Below, one piece after another: positions 50,997 through 64,000 of a DNA stretch of 64,000 bases (positions are counted from its first letter, which is position 1; every line of letters starts with the position of its first letter). Location of the stretch: contig OZ024740.1 of NCBI GenBank assembly GCA_964016885.1, positions 83,452,001 to 83,516,000 on the forward strand, written 5' to 3'. Source of the DNA: Eledone cirrhosa. Its lineage: Eukaryota. Below the pieces are notes generated by a model. That model saw nothing but the letters and a program-made list of their open reading frames with translations. It was not told the DNA's origin and did not search any database. The position numbers and the translations under genes were made by a program.

Positions 50997-51772
50997 ATAA
51001 TAATAAATTTGAAGACTAAAATCCAAAGAGGGCTCGATAAGGATAAATATATATCAAATATATAAGAACCGTAGAGCAAATATTTATTAAAATAACAGAT
51101 TAAAGTTTAAGCAAAGAATCGCTGCTTACACCCTTAACGGGATCTTCTGAAACTAACGAAGTCAATCTGTAAACGCAGAAGTGGATATTTCAAAAAATGT
51201 TGCAACCGGAGGAAGACAGGAAGACGATACTTTGGTTCGTGGAAACGTTCGCTGGCAAAGAACGGAAAAAAACGAATATAATACGTCATTAATAGGAGCG
51301 GTGAAAAACAATTACGCGCAAAGACAGAACCACGTTAATGGTATAATGTTTAGTCTACGACTTCTGCTATACCATTTACGTGGTTTTGTCTTTGCGTGCT
51401 ATTGTTCTCCACGCTCCATTTATGACGTATTATCTTCGTTTTTTTCGTTCATTGCCAGAGAACGTCTCTATGAACCACCTAAGAGAACATTAGTCTACGA
51501 CCTCTTTTATACCTTTAACGTGGTTCGGTCTTTGCGCGTAATTGTTTTTCACCGCCCCTATTAATGACGTATTATATTCGTTTTTTTCCGTTCTTTGCCA
51601 GCGAACGTTTCCACGAACCAAAGTATCGTCTTCCTGTCGTCCTCCAGTTGCAACGTTTTTTGAAATATCCACTTCTGCGTTTACAGATTGACTTTGTTAG
51701 TTTCAGAAGATCCCCTTAAGGGTGAAAGCAGCGATTCGTTGCTTAAACTTTAATCTGTTATTTTAATAAATA
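50994..51772. mobile_element. PLE-type inverted fragment with about 265-bp arms, internal 140-bp diverged tandem dimer and left tail, in (TA)n
   Basis: 51081-51346 inverted to 51507-51772; ttagtctacgac at 51350 and 51490; hammerhead-like cagaaga tccc cttaa gggt gaaa at about 51704-51727. Confidence 0.75.
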
Positions 51773-51801
51773 TATATATCGACATAAATATATATATCGA
51801 C

Positions 51802-52097
51802 ATCCAGAAAAAAGATTTACAACAGCTCTGGCTAGCAGAATTTGGGATTTGAAAGACCAAGGCATCCAATATAAATTAGATTGGTCAATTTTGAACCAAT
51901 CTAAAAAATATGCTAGAGGAACAAGAAAATGCACGCTCTGCATAAATGAAAAATATTGGATATTGCAAAATCTAAAATCACCAAAGACCTGCCTGAACAC
52001 AAAGAACGAAATTTTCACCAGTTGCCCACACATGAAATCACACCTGCTTTCCAGCTCATATAAACTTAACACACTTTCAGATACTTATCCTCCATAA
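51802..52097 (+). pseudogene. C-terminal part of PLE GIY-YIG endonuclease (Hydra-like clade, uncertain)
   Basis: TALASRIWDLKD...WSIL...Y...KCTLCINEKYWI...LNTKNEIFTSCPH. Confidence 0.75.
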
Positions 52098-52499
52098 ACT
52101 CTTATTATTCTCTTTTTAATTACTCTTTTTAATTACCCTTTCTGACTTACTTTCATTTTTATCCTTGTCAATAATTTCATTTATTTTTATTTTTATTTTT
52201 ACTTCACATCCCCCCCCCCTTATTCTCCGATTCACTTTCCATTTTTTACTTCCCCTTCTTTTACTTCCCTTTTTCCTCCACTAACTGATTACACATGTCT
52301 TTTGTGTTTTTCAATTCAGATATATATTTCATTTTTATTTTTATTTTTTATTTTTGCGCAGCCAATCTTACAATTTTATATTTGTACTTACTTATCCACA
52401 AGTTTTTTACACCCTGTATCAATATGGCTGAACGCCTTAATGTGTGTATACTTTTATATATGTACATGAGTGACTACGTATGTGCGCGCGCGTGCGTGT

Positions 52500-52539
<40 letters not shown>

Positions 52540-52725
52540 ATATGTATGTGTGTGTGTGTATGTATATATTATGCGTATGTGTATGTGTCTTTATATCTGT
52601 GTTTTTTGACATCTCGGTTTTATGTTTTTGTTCCTTTTTTCTTCTCCCCCCCCCCCCTTCCCTTTTTTTACTTACTCAGTTTTATGCGTGGCATGCATAC
52701 AGGTCAATATGCGTGAGTGTAAGTA

Positions 52726-52756
<31 letters not shown>

Positions 52757-53313
52757 ACGTATCGAACGTATGGATGTGTAAGTGCGCGTGTGTTGATAAG
52801 CATATATATTTTTGCGTTTCTTTTGTGAGACATTCGTGTCAGTGTTTGTATGTAACCTTTTTTTGTCTTCTTTTCTTTAATTTTTTCTTTCTAAAATTTT
52901 TTCTTTCTAATTTATTGTTACATTTTTATAAATATATCGAGATTGATACTTTCCTTAAATTATTACACTCCCTTACCTCTTTTACTTCCGCATCTAAGTG
53001 TACGAGTGTGCAGGCGTTTTATGCGCGCGCCTTCATATTCATATATTTATGATGTAACTATTCCGTCTGTAGATTACAGACATTCAGATACATTTGCCCT
53101 AAATTTTTAGAATTACGCACACTTTTTCACTATACGTATACATGTGTGCATATACATATATGCACATCTGTGAGCGTATATACATACATATACACACACC
53201 TAACTATATTTCTCGATAGATTTTTATATATTTCAATTTCTAATTCATTTGTCTATATCTTTTTTTGATTTTCTTGATGAGTTTTTCTAAGTATTTACCC
53301 ATGTTTTATATTG

Positions 53314-53385
53314 CCCCGTCTGACGAACGAATGAAGACGTTTATTTCGTATTCGTCTCATTCGGGAAACCTCTGGTAATGAGGTA
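53314..53385 (+). ncRNA. Type I hammerhead ribozyme motif
   Basis: ccccgt CTGACGA a cgaatg-a-agacg...cgtct cattcg g GAAA cctctgg TA atgagg; homologous layout to 15201-15261. Confidence 0.75.
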
Positions 53386-53487
53386 ATTATATTGTATTGA
53401 TTTTTATTAAATTTTGCTCTGATACTTACATAGAGCACTCTTCACTTCTATGACCTTTTCTGTTTCCAACGGAAATTTCAATACCTA

Positions 53488-53572
<85 letters not shown>

Positions 53573-53591
53573 ATGTATATAAATATAACAC

Positions 53592-53626
<35 letters not shown>

Positions 53627-54140
53627 ATAGGATGTGTGTGTCTGTCTGTTTATGTACATATATGTGAATACATGTATATATACATGCATTATATCATACA
53701 GTAACTGAATAATACTGTCACTATTAGTTTGGGCAGCACTTTATTTATGATATAATAACATCAAGCTCTGTTTGATATTCAGCAAGCAAACTTTATTCAT
53801 GGCTCACACTCTCACGACATCCATTCACCTGTATGTGTATAAACTGTTAAAGATTACGTTAATACATTTGATAGTGCCGGCTGATGTTGGCGTTAACATG
53901 AAGACCAACTTCGCAAACTTGACAGCATCATACAAGGTTTAGAGGCTAAATATGCACAACATTTTTCTATTCATTGAACCGGCAATTAAAGGATATTGGA
54001 ATTAGGAAAGAATGTGCTACACCACAAATTACTGCTGTAGATGTGCTGAACTATAGCGGAGCAATATATTGTTTGTAATAAATTTCAATGGTCAAACTTA
54101 AAAAGCATACGTGCGAACACACATGATTATATATATATAT

Positions 54141-54187
<47 letters not shown>

Positions 54188-54191
<4 letters not shown>

Positions 54192-55144
54192 AAATTAAGA
54201 TAAACTGAATTAAATTAAATTAAATCAAATTAAATTAAGGATGTCATGTTAGATAAACATGCGCCATATCACCCGTAAAATATGCTACAAGATTCTAATG
54301 AGTATATCCGAGCATTTTATATCAAGTAGAAATTGATTGACATATAATTAAACATGAAACAATCACAGGGGATAATTTATAAAAGTGCGTAAGCACACAT
54401 AGCTAGGTAGGTAACTAAATAAAGTTTAACTAGAACTTCAAAAATAGATACCTTATAATTTGATTAATCTTCCTCGTATATATTCCATTAAAGAAATATA
54501 TTTCACCAATTAATCGATTGGTAAACGACAGAAGACAGGTCCTGGATTTTCAACAAGGATGAGTTCCAGCGATCTGTGTTTACGCATCAAGTTCAAATCA
54601 GCGACTGGCCAGTAACACGTGCTGTATCCACTAAAACTACGCACATCATACCTGCGTCGTCCCAGTGGCGTGAATAGGGTTATCGACAACTAGAAACAGC
54701 AGTCAAGTCCTTTCAACTGAGTTAGCTCTACAATTAAGGGGCCGTATTTATATATATCCACAATTAAGAAAAATTGAATTAAATTAAATTAAATCAAATT
54801 AAATTAAGGGTGTCATGTCAGATAGACAGATGCGCCATATCACCCGTAAAATATGCTCCAAGATTCTAATGAGTAGATCCGAGCATTTTATATCAACTAG
54901 AAATTGATTGACATATAATTAAACATATGAAACTTCTGTCGTTTACCAATCGATTAATTGGTGAAATATATTTCTTTAATGGAATATATACGAGGAAGAT
55001 TAATCAAATTATAAGGTATCTATTTTTGAAGTTCTAGTTACACTTTATTTAGTTACCTGCCTAGCTATGTGTGCTTACGCACTTTTACAAATTATCTTCT
55101 GTGATTGTTTCATATGTTTAATTATATGTCAATCAATTTCTAGT

Positions 55145-55150
<6 letters not shown>
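54188..55150. mobile_element. 569-bp structured monomer arranged full + partial direct + inverted (family U2), in (TA)n
   Basis: 54188-54360 repeats at 54757-54933; 54933-55150 is inverted 54318-54534. Confidence 0.85.
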
Positions 55151-55178
<28 letters not shown>

Positions 55179-55411
55179 ATAGATAGATAGATAATTTTCT
55201 ATTTATTTGTCACCAGGACATCAAAGATTGGGACAAATACAGGGGGGGGGGGGAGTTTACATACATTTCAAAGGACGTGTAAAGACATATAACAAATAAA
55301 ATTCAAAAATCGAAGTCCTCAATAGGGAAGGGGCGTTGACGTGGGTCGCACACACACCCGAAAAAAATGTGCGGGTGCTCCCTTCCTCACCTCTTTCTTC
55401 TCCTCTCTCAC

Positions 55412-58400
55412 CTACAGGCTGATATAGAGAGAAGGCCCATTCACTCGGGCCATTCTCGCCACTTTCACCCACCTTTCATAAAAATTTCTGGGGTAGAGCA
55501 CCTCTCTCTCCATTCTGAGCCTTCTTCTAAAGTGGTACTTGAAAAAATGTACCAGTTGTTGGCCGGAGAGAAAAGTGTCTGACCTCAGCCCTTTCATCCT
55601 CGTCCACCATACAACCTCTTTCGCCATAGCTCTCACACAGAGGAAAACCGCCTCTCCTTCGTTTATGAAGTGGGGAGGCGGTTTGATCGTGACAATGGAC
55701 TCGGTGGTCATCCGGATTGGTCCCACCTGCGACAGTAGTCGTTCCACATAGCCCCACAGGACAGCAACGCCCGGCAGTGTACGAATGCGTGCGCGACGGT
55801 TTCCTCGTCACGCACGCATCTCGGACAGATCTTCTTCGAGCGGTCCCTACTCGGGCGCGCGTATCTGTAGAACTTGTCCCGAACGGCTAGAGCTCCTCGG
55901 TAGCACTGCCAAGCCAGGGACTTTTGGAAGTTGTCCATCTGTCCCGGGCTAAATGTCCTACCAAACAGACTGGCTAGCTCGTCTTCCTCCATGCCCAGAG
56001 CCTCTCCGAGAGCGTCGTCGCACTTGCTGCGCACCAACCCTCTATGGAATGTTGAGGTTGAGTCTCCAGTGATTGCCGGATCCGCTTGCCAGAGGGCTGT
56101 GAGCGCCTGAGCACATTCAATGTGCCAGTCGCCCATTTTACTCGGTCTTTGCTTGACCCAGTATTGCAGCTCGGTGAGAGAGACGAGTCTCGGAAAGGCT
56201 CGCCTCACAAAAGGGGCCCACACCGGCTGACCGGTGAGGAGTAAATGGAGGTGCCGTAGCCTTAATGCGTGTCTACGCATCGTCAGCCACGGCTCCCCAT
56301 CCCTCAGTTCGAAGGGTGTTGACAGCAGATGGATCTTCTCACCAAAGGGGCCCGCTTCTTCCAAAGGTATCGGAAGAGCCCGCGCTCCATTTCGGTGAGC
56401 GTTTTCCCTGGGCAAGGCACGACGGTCAAGCGGTAATAGATGACGGCTACTATATAAGTGTTCACCACCTCCACTCGACCTTTCAGGGATAGTTTGCGCT
56501 GGGCCCACTTCTGGGCGAGTGCAAACACCCTGCCAGTTACCTCGTCCCAGTTTTTCTCCACCTGGATTTCCGGTGCGAACCAGACTCCGAGCAGCTTCAC
56601 CGATCCATCCGTCCAGCGTCCGACGATGCCGTCGCAGAGCTTCGGTTTGCCTCTCCACGTTCCGAGTTGCAAACCGACCGATTTGTCCCGGTTAAGCTTG
56701 GCTCCTGTAAACCTTTCGATCTGCCCGATTTCCGAGGCGCGCGACACCATTACTGACACGTCATCGGCGTAGGCCGACACCGCTTTCCGCAATCCCAGTT
56801 TAAAGGGATTCCCTGCAACAGCTCCAACTTCCGCAGTAGTGGCACCAGAACCAGCACGTACACAAGGGAGGAGAGAGGGCATCCCTGTCGGATGGATCGC
56901 GCGATTTGGAACGGCTCCGAGAAGTAGCCGTTCACCTTGACCCTCGAACAGGTGTTCCTGCTGTGCATTGCAGCAATCCAGCCCCTGAAAACGGGCCCGA
57001 AGCCTGCCGCCGCGAGCACCGCATCAAGGTACCGATGGTCGACCCTATCGAACGCCTTAGATTGATCCAAGTTGATCAGAGCTCCACCAAAGCCGGGTTT
57101 GTTCCCTACCCTCTCTACGGTGCATCGCATGAGGTGGAGGTTGTCGTTTATGGACCTGGACGGGATTCCGCATGTCTGCGCTTCTCCCACCAAGATTCCG
57201 ACGACAAGCGCCAGCCTCTTCGCTAACACCTTGGCCAACATCTTTAACTCTGTGTTTTGCAGAGCTATGGGCCTGAAGTTATCTATGTCATCCCCCTTGT
57301 TCTCCTCCTTCCTTACCAGCGTGACTACCCTCTTGGTCACAGAACTAGGAATTCTCCCGTTCTGTTGCCAGTTGCAGTACATCGCCTCAAGGAGATTGGA
57401 TAACAAGTCCGGCATCGCTACATAAAGTTCGTATGGTAGACCATCGAGACCGGGAGATTTGCGTTTTCCGTATTGGCTTAGAGTTTCCCCTATCTCAGCG
57501 GCTGAAATCGGCCTTTCGCAAGGCTTCGTCTCCCCCTCCGACAGCCGCAGCAGACCGTCGAGGTATGGACCGAATTCCATGGCCTCACCTGGAGCGCCGC
57601 CCCTCCCGAACAGTCGTGCAAAGATCAGGTTCAAGGATGACGCGTCCATCCTGGTCCTTCAAAGACCGAATCCTGGACTTGTTTCCACATTTTGCTTCTG
57701 TCACTCGGGCCCAGCTAACTACTTTGGCTCCATCGTTACCCAGAGCACGCATTTTACTCCTGACAACGCAACTAGTCTAGGGCCGTTCTTGGCGCCAACA
57801 CGCAGGCCACGTTGCCACTCCTAATCGCCTCTTCTACTCTATTAATCAATTCTCTTTCAGTTCTATTTCTATCTGATGCTAATTCCTTACTAAAACCCAT
57901 CGATTCTATTCTAATTTCTCTCTTGAGAGAGTCCAACTACCTGCTATTGACAATTTCCCTCGTCAACCGCTGCTTAACTAGAGTGCTAATCCGCTTACTG
58001 TAAGCTTTGTTTGTCGGTAAAGACAAGTTTAGCTTCCAGTAACCGGATCCTTGTCTATGGGTTCTATCAAGGTTGACCATTCCGGTCACCAACTTGTGAT
58101 TCGAATAGTCAACCATGAACATTCGTGGACAGCTTAATATGTCCCTATCCTTATTTCTAACTAGGAACCTATCTAGGTACGACCTAGATGTTCCGCTCCG
58201 ATTAGTCCACGTCCACAGTGGCACAGTTGGAAAATCTAGTCGATATCTATCGGCCAGATCAAATCGGCCGATTAACCGTTTGAGGCTGTTACACCTCCTC
58301 TATCGGGACATGCCCCTACATAGTCCCAACGTGCATCCTGGATACCAGTCCAGTCCCCTACTAAAAGCAAGGAGCGAGACGTTTCCAGAAAAGCCTCTAG

Positions 58401-58775
58401 GCGTTGGAAGAAGTCCGGTCACGGTGTCCCGGATGGGGCATACGCTGCCACCAGCCTGAAGGCTCCACCTTCACTACTGCCGACGTCTAGAACCACCAGT
58501 TAGCCCTCCGGGTCTAGGTGTAGCTTCTGTATTGCGAGGCTCAGGTGTTTTCGCAGCAGAACGACCTCCCCGCCCCCACGCCCCGACTGACAGAGAGATG
58601 CATAGATCTCAATGTCGTCGAAGATGGGGGCTAGTTGGTGCTCGCTGCTGATCCTGGACTCGCAAATAGCTATCACATCCATTCTGTCCGACCTGAAGTC
58701 ATTTAAGAGTTTGCTCTGTTTCCAGGGCATCCCCAGGCCGCGCACAGTTAAACATCCAACTTTTATAACAGTTAT
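55412..58775 (-). pseudogene. Tx1 T2 ORF2 (APE-RT-zinc finger), disrupted
   Basis: VGCLTVRGL, CES, SYLDRF, KSPGLDGLP, DQSKAFDRV, RQGCPLS, YADD, CPRC...HAFVHC. Confidence 0.88.
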
Positions 58776-58827
58776 GTTGGTGGTGAAGAGTTTAGAGTGG
58801 AGAAATAGGAAAAGACACCTACCTGTC

Positions 58828-60639
58828 CTATTTCTGGGGATAAGACTGCACAATTTCCATGCGGGGTTGTTTGGTGAGGTGGTAGTTTGGGATGTGGTGG
58901 GGTGTTTGGTGGGGGAGGGTGTATTGGGTGGTGCTGGGGAAACATTTCAAGAGGACGCGGTTGCTAGGTCTAGAGGGGTTCCCCACGTCCTCGAAAAAGT
59001 TCTGTTTGAGCATTGCGTAGGTGTCCCTTGGAACCCTAATCATTTTTAAATGCGATTTAGTCGTCGCGTTGGTGAAAATTTTCCCTTCGGTTTCCACCGA
59101 AGGGTCTTTGCCTATTATTTGCTCAAGTGTTTTGTTGTTTGTGTTGACGTATATATACTGTTTTTGTTGTGAGGTGTTTGTTTTTATTTGTTGTTCTTGT
59201 GTGTGTATGCGTTTTGTAGTATGTGTTATGTTTTCGGGAGGGGTGGGTTTTTTTGTTTGTGATGTTTGATCTGTTTGTGCTGGTGGCTGTGTGTTTGTTG
59301 TATTTTTGTTGATGTGGTGCCTTCTTTTCTTTCTTTTTACCGGTTGAAAGGGTTCTCCCTCGTCGTCACTGGGTGACGTTGATAAGGGGTCCTCGTCCGT
59401 GTTGTTGGGGAGGGGTATATTTTGGGGTTTTGTTGGGGTTAATTTTGTATTTGTTTTAGGTGGGGAGGGGTTGGATTGGACAGTGTCTTGTGTTGTTATT
59501 TTTTGGTGTTGTTGTGGTTGTTGTTGTGGTGGTGGTGGTGTAGGTGGTTGTGTTGTTGTGTGTGGGGTGGACAGAAGCGTCTTTGTTTTTTTTTGGGGGG
59601 GGGGCATTTAAAAGGGGACAGGAAGCCCTCAGGTGACCATTTCTTGAACAGTGGTAGCATGAAGGCCGCCTGCCCTAAACACAAATGTTTATGAAGGCGA
59701 CTTCATCCAGGGACACACGCTGCGGTATTCTTGCTATCCGTTCTGGTCTCATTTGACCAGAACTTCAAGGCTCTTGTTGCCGAATACGCCCCCGGTGGAT
59801 TCGCCTATCGAAAGGATTGTGTCCCCATCTTCTAAGAATCTCATTAGCACCCACCAAATTCTCACATTTGGCCAGATGCCCGAGATTCTTATCTTTTGAG
59901 TTCTTTTCCCCAAATATGTGAGGGAAAAGGTGTATGCTTTGGATACAATTGGCGACACAGAATATTTCCGTGCCGCCAATTAATCTTGCATTAACACAGA
60001 TGTGCTTCTATACAGTTTCCCTTTCTGTATGAAAGCGATATCCTTCCAGGCACTACTTAGGACCAGCTCAATTTCGCTTTGGGACAATTGAGCCTGTTTC
60101 CTAGTCGAATTCGAAACTGTCGTAAAAATTACGGTCCTGAGGATTGTGTCCCTTCTAATTTCTTCGGGGGAGGTAATTGTGAATTCCTCACCTTTCCCGA
60201 AACTTACACAATTCCTTGCTTCTTTCAGCAATTTCTTGGCATTCGAGATATCCAGTGCCTTGTATGTCTGCGATTCTCGGACCGCCTGTGCCAAGGAGAC
60301 TGCAGCTATGGGTCCGTTTTCTTTCCTGTTGTTATCATTGTTGTTGTTGTTATTCGTGTTGACTTGCTTTTTTCCTTTGTTGGTGTTGTCATTGTTGCTG
60401 TTGTTGGTTGTGTTGTTATTGTCATTGATGCTGTTGTTGGTTGTGTTGTTATTGTCATTGTTGTTCTTGTTTGTGTAATTGTTACTTTTGGGGTTTTCAC
60501 CCATTTCCACAATGTTTTCTTTTGATTCCGTGGTGTCTATTGCGGGAGTGAAGAGGGAAGGCTTACAGCGTTCTGCTGCTACCTTCTCTCTATCCCTTTC
60601 CTTGGGGGGGGGAGCATGCGTCGTGTTAATGGCGTCCAT
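58828..60639 (-). pseudogene. Tx1 T2 ORF1, disrupted
   Basis: MDAINTT..., Asn-rich tract, RRM-like region (KIRISGIWP), Pro/Thr-rich linker, basic patch; same layout as T1 ORF1. Confidence 0.72.
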
Positions 60640-62003
60640 TGTCACTAAACAAATTTTTATCGATAAGTTATAATTATCAAATTTCGCCCTAAAAAGGGGC
60701 GAAATTTATTTTACCCAACATCTGCAGTCCCAGGCGAGGGGTTAAATTCAACAAATAACAAGTAGCTTAAACAAATCTACCGCTTCTCGTAATAAATTCC
60801 GACAAAATGCAGGGGCGAAACAAAAACACGTCTATCTTCTTCGAGATAGATAGATAGATAGATAGATGCATAGATAGATACTAATAGTGCGACAGAAACA
60901 GACAATAACTTCCGAGAATATAATTATATGTTTCTCTGTAATTTTCTCCAATAATTCTTATATTTACATTGAGTTCTTTTTTTTCTTTCGTGAAGTAATC
61001 ATTTATATATGAGTGTGTCTGTGATAATATTCATTTTCCCCCAACTCCTACACACTCTAGTTTGTTGATACTGTCTACAACAACGCGTTCAGCTCTCCTT
61101 AATCTTCTAGTTAGCTAGGATCAATATTAGGAAGACACTTATGTAGTCTTGTCAACAGATGTATCTTATGATTATTTACACTACCATATGTTGGACAAAG
61201 TAAATACCCTATTTGAAATGTGTTTTATGGTAATTTTTGACGACCTATTTTTATCTCTGCATGAGGATATGTTAAATTGTTGAAGATTGTATTTTCTTCT
61301 TCATTATATTATATTTATATTTCTCATCTGCTCCTGTTAACTTTTAGACTTCACTTCTTTTTTTTTCATAATTGATAAACAATATTATTGATTCGTAATT
61401 ATTTTCTTATTAATTTTAAAACCAAAACTATTTTCATATTTTTTAATACAAAATCACTCTACATTTACAATTACAAAGAATGATATTATTCCAATATTTC
61501 AATTCTAATATTTGAAATCGGAAAATGCCGTTCTTTTGTTTTAATTTACTCTAATCTTGCTTCAAAATTGCATTAAAAAGACGTTGGATGTTGCAATCGA
61601 TCAATAAAGTTGGAAAGAGGAATTTGATAACTTTGATGCTTTACAAACGATAGGCTTAGAAAACATTATGGACTTGGTTTCAACATGAATTCTAATCTGA
61701 AATTAAATGGAAGAATAAGATGTAAAAACATTTGTTTTTTCCCTGAATCATACGATTACGTATAATATATTCAGCGTAGACAATTCAACAATTCAGCAAA
61801 ATCAATTTTCATTTTTATAGATTGTTATTAAATTCTGAACCTCGGTTGGTTCAAATGTCATGTCAAAGATAAAATGCTAGACAGTCTTTCCTTGAATATT
61901 ATTGTCTACATATATATATAATGATGTATTTCCTCGATATACCCTGCATTTGTGCATTCTTTAACATGCATGACGTGTGTAAACATATATATATATCAAC
62001 CGA

Positions 62004-62232
62004 CATATTTTTCACCAGGATAGATGGGAATATTCCCATTAGACCTGCTCATCGGGATCTACAGTCGTTCAAATTGACATTGAGGAAATATTACTTTCGA
62101 TTGTAAATCCTCGTAATGGATATTTACGATGTGCAATTGTAGGTAATATTTCCTCAATGTTAATCTGAAGGTTTGTAGATCTTGATGAGCTGGTGTATTA
62201 TGAATATTCTCATCTAGCCTGTTGAAATATAT
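62004..62232. mobile_element. Old MITE-like hairpin with about 110-bp diverged arms
   Basis: acattgaggaaatattac / gtaatatttcctcaatgt and gctcatc...gatctaca / tgtagatc...gatgagc are inverted pairs. Confidence 0.7.
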
Positions 62233-62281
62233 TTCCAACAATTAAATATACAATTAACAGCTTTGTGTGATTTATCACTCG

Positions 62282-62316
<35 letters not shown>

Positions 62317-62334
62317 CATATGTCCTCTGTGAAT

Positions 62335-62506
62335 AATTGTTTCTACGTTAGGCACAAGGCCAGCAATTACTCAGTGTACTTTATTTTATCGACCCCGTAA
62401 GGATGAAAGGCAAAGTTAACCTCGGCGGGATTTGAACTCAGAATAGCAAGGGCCGTAACTATATGCGTCAAAGCATGGCGTCCGACCCTCTACCGATACT
62501 GCCAAT
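62335..62506 (-). mobile_element. tRNA-derived SINE, same family
   Basis: reverse complement of 18395-18577 with a small deletion. Confidence 0.9.
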
Positions 62507-63739
62507 AACCATGCAGTTGGTGGACCGTAAACATGGGATCAACTCCCGATGCTCTGCATTCTCCACAACAAGGATTATAAACGCGCATTGGTTTTAAACC
62601 TCATTTTGCCAAACGTTAAGTTGTTTTCCCAGGTATTCGGAGCATATATGAATGTATTGCTCATTCTTGACCCAAAATGCACGAACCTATGTGTATTATC
62701 AAGTTGTGATATATTCAGACATTCAATCATCTCATAAATGAATGATTGGCCATGTTTAGTTCAATGAACAGAGTAAATTCTTTGATGGATAAAATACAAA
62801 TGTATATCTGTTTAAATAATACACATAGCATCATGCACAATTGTCTGCATAAACACCCATGTATATACATTTGCCTACATATGCCATTCATAATTCATAT
62901 ATAAATAAATGTGCATGCGAGTAAAGATTCTCAGGGAAAAAAATTCAACACCTTTTCTATTTTATTATATGTTAAAATATGACATGTCTAACTGCTTGTC
63001 CATCGGCAACCTTTGCGTTGGGCTGCTTGCCTAGGCTTCGCTGCTCGATTGTCTGAAGAGGGCAAACTGTCATAGTATTGGCTGCTCCCTGATAGATTTG
63101 TAGTTGGGCCTGTGGCAGCGGAGACTTCCAGTGTTCTTGGCTGCCGGACCAGTATTTTCGGGGTGAAGTAAGGAAACCACAATAGTGAGCCCTGGGGCAA
63201 TCTTCTTCTGTCCTCCAAGACTACGAGGTGGACTAACCTTTAGACAGTGCAGAGAAAATACATATCGTAAACACCTCTTTATACCCCCCCCCCCCCGCCA
63301 CACACACACACACACACTCACTATACTAAATAGATTAAGTCCTTGCAGTTAAAACGAGTATACAGCTCTTATCAATTAAATGAATATATAAAAAATAAGA
63401 AAAATGTAATGTTAATAGATTTGGAATATAATAATATTCTGTCACTATTTTGGTGATTCTGTATAAATCACGAAATTGCTACGTGAGTTAATTGAAGTTG
63501 ATGGTAAAAGACAGTGGGTGTTTAATCTTTCCATTTAGTATCATACTACCTACAGCTGAAACAACAAATCATTTCATTAAGCATTTTCATACTAACACAA
63601 TAAATATAAATATATATTGAAACAAGATAAAAAAATACATTCTGCTCTTGAAGAAACTAAGACCAAAACAGATATATTAGTTATTTTTCTATAACAACGC
63701 TCGCTTGATAATCGGCATACGAAATCAACTGAAATAAAA

Positions 63740-63810
<71 letters not shown>

Positions 63811-63865
63811 GTTATATTTAGGGGGTCGGGTGTCATTTTGTTATACTATTGCCATAAAAAATAAT

Positions 63866-64000
63866 AATTGATTCTACTTTAGGCACAAGGCCAGCAAATA
63901 CCCAGTGCATTACTGGTACTTTATTTTATCGACCCCGTAAGGATGAAAGGCAAAGTCAACCTCGGCGGGATTTGAACTCAGATCGTAAAGGGACATAACT
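63866..64000 (-). mobile_element. tRNA-derived SINE, runs off the window end
   Basis: ttctactttaggcacaaggccagc...ggcgggatttgaactcagatc. Confidence 0.9.

Larger units (their letters stand above)
51798..53489 (+). mobile_element. 5'-truncated PLE (C-terminal GIY-YIG end + long 3' UTR + hammerhead), in (TA)n
   Basis: endonuclease tail followed by a T/TG-rich UTR and a hammerhead. Confidence 0.78.
55193..60843 (-). mobile_element. Tx1/L1-clade LINE, full length but decayed, family T2, inserted in (GATA)n
   Basis: ORF1, ORF2, AATAAA near the 3' end; (GATA)n at 55178-55193 and 60844-60880. Confidence 0.9.

Noticed and set aside
51802-52097. Naiad-type selenoprotein PLE
   Set aside because: The endonuclease is C-terminal and the cysteines use TGC; no in-frame TGA.
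62988-63238. GC-richer segment with a plausible minus-strand acceptor and short ORFs
   Set aside because: No recognisable product; could equally be a TE UTR fragment.

Overview
AT-rich animal genomic DNA, most likely a coleoid cephalopod (inferred from an abundant octopus-type tRNA SINE and dense (TA)n/(GA)n microsatellites). I could not support any host protein-coding gene; the window is a mosaic of mobile elements. (1) A 17-kb nest at 23.3-40.6 kb has two different 5'-truncated R4/Dong (RT+RLE) LINEs on the minus strand alternating with two near-full-length Tx1/L1 LINEs on the plus strand, with (TTA)n at every junction. (2) A second, divergent Tx1 family is inserted in (GATA)n at 55.2-60.8 kb. 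(3) A near-full-length Neptune-type Penelope-like element (PLE) sits in (TA)n at 45.3-49.7 kb. (4) Many short (TA)n-embedded PLE pseudo-LTR fragments show tandem/inverted architecture and carry about a dozen type I hammerhead ribozyme motifs. (5) Two families of 420-570 nt structured monomers are arranged direct+inverted with no canonical hammerhead. (6) An internally deleted mariner, MITEs, a CRE-like relic and about nine SINE copies are also present. All family assignments come from motif recognition by eye; no database search or folding program was run, and coordinates may be off by a few bases.
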